From Spongospora subterranea f. sp. subterranea (taxonomy: Eukaryota): a stretch of 20,000 nt of DNA. The notes beneath the pieces are model-generated. The model had not been told where the DNA came from, did not search any database, and was given only the letters and a program-made list of their open reading frames with translations. Shown in pieces: positions 10,623 through 20,000 of this stretch. The position numbers were made by a program, and so were the translations under genes. Numbering within the stretch: the stretch's first letter is position 1; every line of letters starts with the position of its first letter. Location: positions 59,739 to 79,738 of the forward strand of contig JAUGWO010000138.1 in the NCBI GenBank assembly GCA_049724395.1, written 5' to 3'.

Positions 10623-13571
10623 CAGTAATTGTTCCTAATAAGACTATGTAATTCTAAGTCTGGGTTTTGGGGTCTTATACAAATGTTGGCCTTTGGGTCT
10701 AACGCCTTATTAAAGAGAATTTTTTTTCGGGGTGCCATTTTTAGCTTTATTGTTGATAAAATGTTTTCTTGTGTATGCAAGACCGGTTAACACTCAGATA
10801 ACTGCCTTTTGTGATGGGTTCCCCGAAAGGATCCGTGCCAAACCTGCCCTCACAATACATCTCGCTGCTCAGTACAACGACATCCGATTCTGCGACTTCA
10901 ATGCCATGAAGAATCCTCCGCTGCAAGTGGACTGTTCCAGAGGCAATTAGAGCTTCATCAAAAATGATGAAGACTTCTTCATGGTCGCTTATTTTGCTGT
11001 CGTCCTTGTCGCATAGGTCTCCATCATCGCTAGACCCTTCAAAATCGCTGAGGCCGCTGTCTCCAACACTGCCCTCATCGCTGCTGTCGAGGTTGATGAC
11101 GAGGCTGGTGGCATTGACGTCGGGAAACGAGAAATTTGGCAGTCCTTGCACATTGATCGCGTTTTGATGGCCATCGATTCTCAACAAACATCCAGTCTTC
11201 ACGAAATATCTCTCATTGCGGCGACTGGATATAAGTTTTTCATAGGCTGTCACCAGCCCATCTTGTCATCAGAATTCGTCGTTCTTTGGCACTGAACTTG
11301 CCATTCGACCACTTGTCTAAGAAACTGGGATCGTCCAATGCTTCGTCAAGGGCATTGCCCATCCAGTATTTTATGGATCTTCCGGGGCCCGCGTCAACTA
11401 TATTCAGTATAAAGATAAATTAAACAAGAATTGTCGCACAATTGTTGACGAGATTTACCAGGCTGAATGAGGTGCGTCAAATTGGGAGGAAGCAGATGTA
11501 TCTCCCCCACATTGGTGTTCATGGCATCAACAAAATCTGCCGAGATATGTGCATCCAGGTTATCGCATAACATTAACCGACGACGTTGCTCTGCAAACGC
11601 CGGATCGCTTTTATAGAGTTTCACAATATCGAGTGCAGTTACTGTGTCAACCCATGCGCATTTTTGGAATAAAACATTCACTCGTTTGTCCTGGAGTAAT
11701 TATGAGACTCTCCCCGAAAATAAGAGCAAGGCCGCCTTACATATTCGTCAATTTCCGAAGATCTCATTATATATTTCCCTGTTCCGCGAAATATAATGGT
11801 TATTGGCTTGGGCTGAATAGCATCATCATCCGCACACAACGTCAAATGCATGGTGGCTTGACGCTTTTCTAGGCCCGAACTCGGTTGTCGACACCAGACA
11901 CGAACAGCGCCCTTATCATCTACTGTTCGGCAGTCGCCATCGCATATAAAGGGTAATGGAATCTGATCAAAATTAAAAACGTCCCTTTTGGCAAAGTGTC
12001 CATACACAGGATCGATGTGAGGAAGAGCATTAAACTTCTCAAACAGCTCACAATGAAAGCGATAGATTGTTGGCCTGGCGTGAGCAATATCGGCCTGCTT
12101 GCGATTTGAGGATCGACGAATCGAAAAATTAGACCTCGGCAGGAATCCTTTGTAATACCAAGATCGTGACAACATGATTTGTGATGCATGACTCGGTTGT
12201 ACTACAAGAGGCGTTTTTCGAATCTGGCGTGCCATAGATAAAATCCATGTTCTGTTCGCTTTCAATCCCAAACGGCGGCGGCCACGAACTTTTCTTGATA
12301 GCAATTCTTCAAGGTTCCGCAAAGATCCGACCCATTCCCTGTTGAAAAACAGTTTCAAACCCCTTTTCGAGAGCGCCGTACTGGATCACACACCATTGAT
12401 TCAATTATATTCCTTTGACCAAACCATTTCGTGAGTGTAAATATTGGCACTCCAGTATCATCTGAAATAAGACTGATCGCAGAGGCTCTCTTGATCCGTC
12501 GGGACTTCATGAGGTCGTCGACGTTCCTGATATGCATGGCCTATTGCCATCGTTAAAGTTTCATGAAAAAAAAGAGCCGTAACATGCGTTCCAACCTTCT
12601 CCTCGAAAGTATACCGATGTCGCTTGACTGACCCATGGTTCACTGCTTTCGACGCGGAGTCCTCGATATTTTCAGAAGTCAATGCCCGTGTATGTATTTT
12701 TGCATGCGATAAAAGCGCTGTCTTTGTCAGGCAGATTTTTTTACAAACTTCACAGGAAAACCGTTCGCTTATGGTTAGAGGACAAACCGCTGCGATAAAT
12801 TCGGCTCCGCTCTTTGATTTCAATCGCGACGGACCGAAGTACTTGTGCAGCGTCGATTGGGTCAACGATTGTGAAGCCTCGTCAGTACAGGAGGCTTTTG
12901 AACACGAAGACATTCCGCTGCTACTGCGAGTGCTGATGGCGAATGATGTGACGTCAGAGGTTGACGGTGTCCTTCTAATGTCGGTGCTGATTTCAGATGA
13001 TTCTGCGCCTGGAACAGTACTATTGGGAGCAGATACTGTTGCAGCTATTACCCCTTTCTTCAATTGCAAAAACTCATCATTGCTGATGGTGCCGTCAGCG
13101 CGGAGGTCTCTTAGCTCCTTCAGCTGATCCAAGAAAGACCCCATTAGCTTTTAAAGGATCAGAGACTGAGAGTGTATTCATGGACGATTGTGATCATGTC
13201 TCCGTGGGGCGTGGTTACCTCATGTCCAGGGGTGACTTGCGCCGGTGCCTTCCAGAGTTGCCTCCAAGATCCAAGTGCATTTGCCGATGGGCCGTGGCCG
13301 ATGTCCTCCAACTCTACCAGTGTAGACCAGAATAAGAAACAAATTCTGAGCCAGGATGGCCCGGGCAGACGTGCTGCATCAATGTAATGCACCAGGAGTG
13401 GAACAATATTTCTAATAAGACTATTTGACAACAATGTAGGGTTATGGGTAGTATTGATTAAATTCTTTGTACTAAGACTTTTTTGGCTTTCGAACTTGGG
13501 TTTTGGGGTCTTACGACCTAAAACTTGGGTTTTGACCTTAGTACAAATAGTCTTAATAGAAGTTTTTACTG
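10623..13571 (-). mobile_element. pogo-family (Tc1/mariner superfamily) DNA transposon, 2949 bp, with TA target-site duplication
   Basis: TA|CAGTAATTGTTCCTAATAAGACTAT at the left end and ATAGTCTTAATAGAAGTTTTTACTG|TA at the right end form imperfect TIRs (CAGTAA...CTA.TAAGACTAT). TA at 10621-10622 and 13572-13573. Internal DDE_1-type transposase. Confidence 0.9.
10747..13144 (-). pseudogene. pogo-like DD35D transposase; 4 exons (13144-12596, 12540-11741, 11690-11459, 11397-10747), two single-base frameshifts (~12360, ~11250)
   Basis: KRHRYTFEEK HTH start; LEELL..KVRGRR.LG / SRSWYYKGFLPRSNFSIRR (CENP-B-type HTH); catalytic VFNFDQIP, LMLCDNLDAH and LIQPVD with 35 residues between D2 and D3. GT-AG introns of 55, 50 and 61 nt restore conserved motifs (EY/DKRVNVLFQKCAWVD; QP/VDAG). 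Confidence 0.9.
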
Positions 13572-13619
13572 TATTCAATTTAGAGCCTGCCCATGGTGAT
13601 GCTAAGTTCTAGAAGTTGA

Positions 13620-13844
13620 TGTTGAGATGATCAAACGAATAGTGGAATGTAATTATTATTGCGTAGATGCTGTTCTAATAGGAGAACAATGGCGAGAACA
13701 TGATCTATAAATAGCATCGAATATAAAGTCCGTGCAGTCATCCTTATGTTTAGAAGTTGCCGTGGTTGCGCCCACTGTCCTTACGCAGTTTCTTTCAAAG
13801 TGTCCGTGATCAAGGATACGGGAATGTGACCTTGTATTTCAACA
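13620..13844 (-). repeat. Copia 3' LTR (225 bp), element A
   Basis: Ends TGTTGA...TCAACA. Minus-strand PPT (TCGAGGGGACG, 13845-13855) is adjacent, and the RNase H ORF runs into it. Confidence 0.85.
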
Positions 13845-14211
13845 CGTCCCCTCGAGGTGATATTCGTGTCTGATGCCCATTGCGTTTCGACACCATTCGA
13901 ATTTGGCAGGATTCAGTGAATTGGTCAATACATCAGCAACCATGTCACCTGTCGAAATTGGTTTGATATCGATGACTCGGTCTTCAATTAATTTCCTGGT
14001 GTAGTTGTATTTGCCGTCAATATGCTTCGTGCGGGCATCTGTTCTATGATTCCTACTGATGGCAATGCATCCACAGTTGTCTTCGAACACCACCATAGGA
14101 TCTGTAAGAGCAAATCCAAGTTCTCCCATTAGTTGCCGAAGCCAGTAAGCTTCTCTGCCTGCGGAGCACATTGCAATATATTCCGCTTCAACAGACGACA
14201 GGGAGACAAAT
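13845..14211 (-). pseudogene. Ty1/Copia RNase H C-terminal fragment, element A
   Basis: LSSVEAEYIAMCSAGREAYWLRQL...FEDNCGCIA...RTKHID...DMVADVLT. Confidence 0.9.
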
Positions 14212-14213
14212 GA

Positions 14214-16532
14214 TGTGGAAAATTAGGACCCAGGTTTTGGACTGCTGCCGTTTCCGCAGCCGTCTATATTATCAATCGACGTCCACACAGCGTACTGCCG
14301 CAGCGCATATCCCCATTTGAAGCCTGGTACAAGACCAAACCGGACTTACGACATCTGCGAACATTCGGTTGCGACGCGTATATTCACCTGCCCAACCAAC
14401 TCCATCGAAAACTTCAACCACGAGGACGCAACGTTACCTTCATTGGATACCCAACAAATCAAAAGGGGTATCAATTCTGGGACGAGGAAGAGCAGCGTAT
14501 TGTCTGCAGCAGGTTCACAGACGCCTCATTTCATGAGCATTCATTTTCAAGGAGACAGCCTGTTCAGCGCAGAAATGAAGTCACATTCGATTTTGATGGA
14601 CCATCTACAACGACTTCCATCCCTTTGAGAACAATCCTCACTGACTCCTCATCATCATTACAGAAATCATCCAGCTCTGCTGAACCATCCTCAGCGATAT
14701 CAAGCGACTCATCATCAAACCCTGCAGAAGAAGTTAGCGAAGAATCAGAAGAATCACAGCCTCTTGGAAGCACAGAATATGAGATCGAGCGCGGCGATTG
14801 CAACAGAGCCGAACAAGAAGATGACGAACCAATTCCATGGAGAACGGACGACGGTCGAATCGTGTCCAAAATGCTCCTGGAGAATGGTGGAAAGTTCCAC
14901 CAGCAGCAGCTCTGATCGTCCAACGTGACAGGATGCAAGCATGTCACATCACTCTGCCGAAGTCAATCAGCGAGGCAACAGATCCAGCAAACGAGTTTTT
15001 TGAAGAATGGAACCAAGCAACGAACGCCGAATTCACCAGCCTGCAAGAAAACCAAACCTGGAAACTCTGCCCACTCCCAATTGGAAGACAAGCCATCGCT
15101 AACAAATGGATATGTAAAGTAAAACCGGATGACGAGGGATTCGTGCACAAATTCAAGGCAAGACTCGTTATCAAAGGTTTCTCTCAACGACCGGGAATTG
15201 ACTTCAACGAGACCTTCTCTCCCGTCGCACATCTCGCATCAGTTCGAATTATATTCGCGCTTGCCGCATCCCTGAACTTGACACTAAGACAGCTCGACGT
15301 GGTTGGGACTTTTCTACAAGCAGAACTTCCAGAAGAGATCAATATGGTCCAACCGGAAGGTTTTATCTCTGAGGATCCCAAATTAGTGTGCCGACTCAAG
15401 AAAAGCCTTTACGGACTCAAGCAGGCCGGACTAGTTTGGCAAGATACAATCAACCACTTCATCACTGAAACACTTCACTTCAAACGTCTCAGCTCGGATG
15501 CCTGCGTGTACGTCAAGAGATCGAAAAACGACATTGTTATCATGTCACTCTCTACAGACGACCTACCAGTGGCTCATAACTGTCCGTCACTGATAGAGAA
15601 CATCGTTGCTCAACTCTCCACACGTTTTCTAATGACGGATCTAGGTAACCCGAAGCGCTTACTAGGGATGAGGATCACACGTAGTAATGACGGTATCTTA
15701 CTTGACCAAGAGGCCTACATCTTGGAGCAATTATCAAAGTTCAACATGATGGACTGCAAGCACGCAGACACGCCCGAACAATCAGGACTCTACCTGGAGA
15801 AGAACAAGTGTGCAACAACCGCCGAAGAGAAGCAAGAAATGCAAGAAACCCCCTATCCTGAACTAGTTGGAGCTCTTAACTGGATCGCAACATGCACCAG
15901 ACCGGATATCTCACATGCAGTGTCCTCACTCTGTCGGTTCCTTGACAACCCAGGTCGCCAACATTGGACAGCTGCGAAGCGTGTTCTTAAGTATCTTAAG
16001 GGAAGCAGCAACTCTGGACTATTCTTCAAAGCCCATCAGCCGCCACATCTGACCGCCTACTCGGACAGCGACTGGGCCGGAGACAAAGATTCAAGAAAAT
16101 CCACTACTGGATACACCCTCATGATGTCAGGATGCACGGTGGCCTGGAAAAGCTCCCTACAAAAGATTGTTGCATGCTCCTCAACCGAGGCAGAATACAT
16201 CGCCCTTTCAGAGATGCAATGCGGGAAGTGATATGGATCAGATCGATTCTTGGAGAACTTGGCTTTATTCAAAGCAAGGCTACTAAAGTGATGGAAGACA
16301 ATCAAGGCTGCATAGCAATTTCGAAAAACAGACGCACCGACAAACGTACGAAGCACATCGATCTGCGTTTCCACTTCTGTCGCGATCAAGTCGAACAACA
16401 AGGGACCATCAAGGTTGAATACTGCCCGACAGAAGCCATGATTGCTGATGCGCTGACGAAACCAATCAACGCCCCCAAGTTCAAATGGTGCCGCACCGCA
16501 TTGGGAGTCACAGCCTGCAAGTTGAGAGGGCG
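14214..16532 (+). mobile_element. Ty1/Copia pol fragment, element B: integrase end, SH3-like region, RT, RNase H; 5'-truncated, two frameshifts
   Basis: FWTAAVSAAVYIINRRP...SPFEAWYKTKPDLRHLRTFGC...FIGY; KFKARLVIKGFSQRPGIDFNETFSPV; LKKSLYGLKQAG; YSDSDWAGD; SSTEAEYIALS; RTKHIDLRFHF; MIADALTKP. The catalytic YVDD reads STDD. Frameshifts near 14835 and 16220. Confidence 0.95.
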
Positions 16533-16759
16533 TGTTGAATACAACTTGCCTGCCTCAAGTACGGACATTCTCCAAGGAAAGTGCGTACCTCCAGTCGGCG
16601 CCACCACGGCAAGAGCATGACATAAAGCTGACTGTACGGACTTTACGCATTGGGCTATAAATAGCCATTTCCCAAGGTATCTACCTATATAAGCAATTAC
16701 GCCACAGTAATAAATTCGTTCTGCTATTGCATCTGTTTGAGCAACATCAACTTTCCACA
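16533..16759 (+). repeat. Copia 3' LTR (~227 bp), element B
   Basis: PPT GAGAGGGCG then TGTTGAA...TTCCACA. Contains TATAAATA and AATAAA, and shares motifs with the LTR at 13620-13844. Confidence 0.8.
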
Positions 16760-16760
16760 C

Positions 16761-17750
16761 AGATTGTGTTGGGCAGCAATAGCAAGTAACACACGCATTG
16801 ACGCCTGATGAGCAACAGGGGCAAAGGTTTCATCGAAGTCAACTCGATGACTTTTTGAGAATCCTCTAACCAAAAAACGGGCTTTAAACTTCCTGATAGA
16901 GCTATCCCCAAAAAGGCTTGGTTTCACCGTTAAAACCCATTTACACGAGATAGCTTTTCTTCCGGGAGGCAAATCTTGTAAACTCCAGGTTTGAAAATCT
17001 AGCATCTGTTGATACTCAGCTCGAATCGCGTCATACCAACGACCAGCGTGAGGACTGCTCAGGGCTTCAGTCAAATTGGCAGGAATTGAAACTAGCGAAA
17101 CGTGACATTCGGAAATTACGGGTCGTGGTAGTGCTACACCATCTGCTGAAAGATTCGATCGTGACAGTCCAAAAACACGTGCAGCGTTACATTTCCAAAA
17201 TTTAGTTGGAGGACCACGGATGCGAGACGACCGCCGCACCGCCGATTCAATTGAATCGACGACTTGGCTAATAGGTTCTTCTCGTAAAGAATTCGCACCC
17301 TCTTCAGTGTCTGATTCGCTGAGCGATGCGTGGAAAGATGACAGTAGATCCTGTGAACGGAATGTAGCATCTGACTGAGAGATAGAAGCGTTCTCAGAAT
17401 TGAGGTCGTCGTCAGTTTGCTCAAGTGTAGTGTCCAATGCGTTAGGTAATTGCTCTGAGGGAGGTAACGGATCAGGGTCGAGAATAACTTGGTTTGCAGT
17501 TGACTCCGGTGACCGCTTGCATTCTGATATTTGCCTCCCGAATCCAAAAGAAAAATTGTGTTCATCGAACTCGACGTCGCGACTTGTGGATTGCTTATTG
17601 TCCATCGGGTCGATCAGTAAATACGCCTTCTGGGAATTGGCATATCCAATGAAAACAGTTTTATGTGCGCAAAACTCGGTTTTCTTTTCGTGTATGATCC
17701 GGAATGCGTCGATATGCAGTGTTCTGAAGTCAAAGGTAGGACGGTAGTCG
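16761..17750 (-). mobile_element. Ty1/Copia pol fragment, element C (post-integrase region to RT N-terminus)
   Basis: HKTVFIGYANSQKAYLLIDP...SRDVEFDE; RRSSRIRGPP; LPPGRKAISCKWV; KFKARFLVRGFSK; DFDETFAPVA. Cut off at the LTR of element B. Confidence 0.9.
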
Positions 17751-17759
17751 AACTGGGAT

Positions 17760-17937
17760 AAGGTACCCGAAATCTCTCAGACAATTTAATGCCTGGCCTT
17801 TATTAGTGGAGAAAAGCAGTGGTTATGTATTGACATCTCGTCAGATAAAAATACAAACTCCGTGGTGCTCAGCAGTTATGGGACCTCACTTCATACAGGG
17901 CATCATATTGAATTAAATAGAACCTCGTATTTCAGCA
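17760..17937 (-). repeat. Putative 3' LTR (degenerate) of Copia element D
   Basis: PPT TCGAGGGGACG, identical to that of element A, then TGCTGAAATACGAGGT (element A: TGTTGAAATACAAGGT). The distal end is not resolved. Confidence 0.55.
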
Positions 17938-19974
17938 CGTCCCCTCGAGGTTGTATCTCGATTGCTTGTGTCTATGATGCCCATCTTGTTGCGACACCAA
18001 TCAAACATCAGTGTATCGAGCGGCTTTGTCATTACGTTGGCAACCATTTCCTTTGTTGATATTGGCTTGACGTCGATGATTCTGTCCTCAACAAACTTTC
18101 TAGTATAGTGATATTTTACGTCAATGTGCTTTGTACGAGCGTCAGTCCGATGATTCTTGCTAATAGCGACACATCCTCGGTTATCCTCGAATACGACTGT
18201 GGGTTGTGGACATGCAAAGCCGATCTCTTGGAGAAGTTGACAAAGCCAGTACGCTTTCCTTGCTGCGGAACATAGTGCTATATATTCTGCTTCGACAGAT
18301 GATAGAGGGACGGATGATTGAAGCTTAGACTTCCACGAAACTGGCCCCCCTGCGAGCATGAAGGCAAAACCTGAAGTTGATCTTCTTGTGTCGGGATCAC
18401 CGGCCCAATCAGAATCAGAGTAATCAAAGAGATCGGAACTGTCCTGTTCTTGACGATGATATGTGATGCCGAAGCTGGTGGTTCCTGCCAAATAACGAAG
18501 AACCCGCTGTGCAGCAACCCAGTGGGGCCTACCAGGATTGCTAATAAACCTGCAAAGGGATCCGACAGCCGAGCTGATATTTGGGCGAGTGTTGCTTGCT
18601 AACCAAATCAAACTACCAACAAGCTCACCATAGGGAACTGGTTTCATCGCTAGTACATCTTCTGACTCTGAGGGTGAAGAAAGGGAGGATCAATGAACAC
18701 CAGGTTGCTGAGGAGTTGAAGTTGGATTGCAATCAAACATGTTGAACTTCATCAAAAGCTGCTTAACATTTTCCTCTTGGTCTAACGAAATTGACCCGGT
18801 CTTCTCATCACGATGAATTCTCAGGCCCAGAAGTCTGGTTGGTACCCCAAGGTCAGTGATGTCGAACTTCGAAGACAGCTGATCGATGACTTCTTGACAG
18901 AAGTTGGTGTCGTTGTGAACAAACAGGATGTCATCAACATGGACTCCGAAAGCTAGAAAACTGCCATCACGACGAATTGTATAAATGCATGGATCAGCTT
19001 TAACTTTCTTAAGTCTAGCTTCTTTGGTCAAAAATTTGTCTAATTTAGAGTTCCAAACCATTCCAGCTTGTTTCAATCCATAGAGAGCTTTGTTCAATCG
19101 GCAAACTTGATTTTCTTGTCCATGAACAACAAAACCTCCAGGTTGCTGCATAAAAATATCTTCTGTACGTCGCCGTTGAGAAAAGCCCCAACGATACCAA
19201 TTTGTCGGATCTGTAGATTGTGTTGGGCAGCAATAGCAAGTAACACACGCACTGACGCCTGATGAGCAACAGGGGCAAAGGTTTCTTCGAAGTCAACTCC
19301 ATGACTTTTTGAGAATCCTCTAACCAAAAAACGGGCTTTAAACTTCCTGATAGAGCCATCCCCAGAAAGGCTTGGTTTCACCGTTAAAACCCATTTACAA
19401 GAAATAGCCTGTCTTCCGGGAGGCAAATCTTGTAAACTCCAGGTTTGAAAATCTAACATCTGTTGATACTCAGCTCGAATCGCGTCATACCAATCACCAG
19501 CGTGAGGACTGCTCAGGGCTTCAGTCAAATTAGCAGGAATTGAAGTTAACGAAACGTGAATTTGGGAAATTACGGGTCGTGGTAGTGCCACACCATCTGC
19601 TGGAAGATTCGATCGTGACAGTCCAAAAACACGTGCAGCGTTACAGTTCCAAAATTCAGTCGGAGGACCACGGATGCGAGATGACCGTCGCACAGCCGGT
19701 TCAATTGAATCCACGACTTGGCTAATAGGTTCTTCTCGTAAAGAATTGGCACCCTCTTCAGTGTCTGATTCGGTGAGCGATGCGTGGGAAGATGACAGTA
19801 GATCCTGTGAACTGAATGTAGCATCTGACTGAGAGATAGAAGCGTTCTCAGAAATGAGGTCGTCGTCAGTTTGCTCAAGTGTAGTGTCCAATGCGTTAGG
19901 TAATTGCTCTGAGGGAGGTAACGGATCAGGGTTCGAGAATAACTTGGTTTGCAGTTGACTCCGGTGACCGCTTG
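17938..19974 (-). mobile_element. Ty1/Copia pol fragment, element D (RT plus RNase H), with a frameshift near 19160 and an in-frame stop at 18690-18692
   Basis: KFKARFLVRGFSK; LNKALYGLKQAG; GVHVDDIL; PYGELVGSLIWLASNTRP; YSDSDWAGD; SSVEAEYIAL; RTKHIDVKYHY. Confidence 0.95.
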
Positions 19975-20000
19975 TAGGGTGCACACCCATCCGTAGTGAC

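Noticed and set aside
10661..10677. Telomere-like GGGTTTTGGGG repeat
   Set aside because: Fewer than two units, and it recurs at the other transposon end, so it is better explained as a subterminal motif.
12624..13127. 167-aa plus-strand ORF inside the pogo element as a cargo gene
   Set aside because: Antisense shadow of transposase exon 1 with no recognisable motif.
13159..13578. 139-aa minus-strand ORF or a Fanzor/TnpB-like accessory gene in the transposon
   Set aside because: It runs through the TIR and subterminal repeats. No RuvC or zinc-ribbon motifs were seen anywhere in the element.
16761..19974. RIP-type hypermutation
   Set aside because: Differences between the duplicated Copia segments include many transversions. 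The few TGG-to-stop changes in the Gypsy remnant are not enough to support it.

Overview
Eukaryotic genomic DNA from a microbial eukaryote with short (50-75 nt) GT-AG introns; the taxon cannot be assigned from the sequence alone. The first ~4.5 kb is host gene space: an intact 3-exon proteasome beta-2 subunit gene (PSMB2/PRE1-type, 1419-2119) converges on an uncharacterised, probably multi-exon minus-strand gene. The remaining ~15 kb is a nested transposon graveyard. It holds a decayed LINE (APE endonuclease), two tail-to-tail chromodomain-bearing Ty3/Gypsy remnants, a complete 2.95-kb TA-flanked pogo-family DNA transposon, and four Ty1/Copia fragments, two of which are near-identical over ~760 bp. 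Two things stand out. (1) The pogo transposase is split by three spliceosomal introns and carries an unusual N-terminal SHOCT-like motif, a canonical PIP box and a C2H2 zinc finger ahead of its HTH and DD35D core, plus an extra C-terminal domain. (2) A 21-copy 49-bp tandem array has been amplified in place from one 16-codon piece of a Gypsy reverse-transcriptase gene (KWCGRMISEKGVSFD), with a 99-bp higher-order repeat. All calls come from manual translation and motif recognition; no database searches were run.
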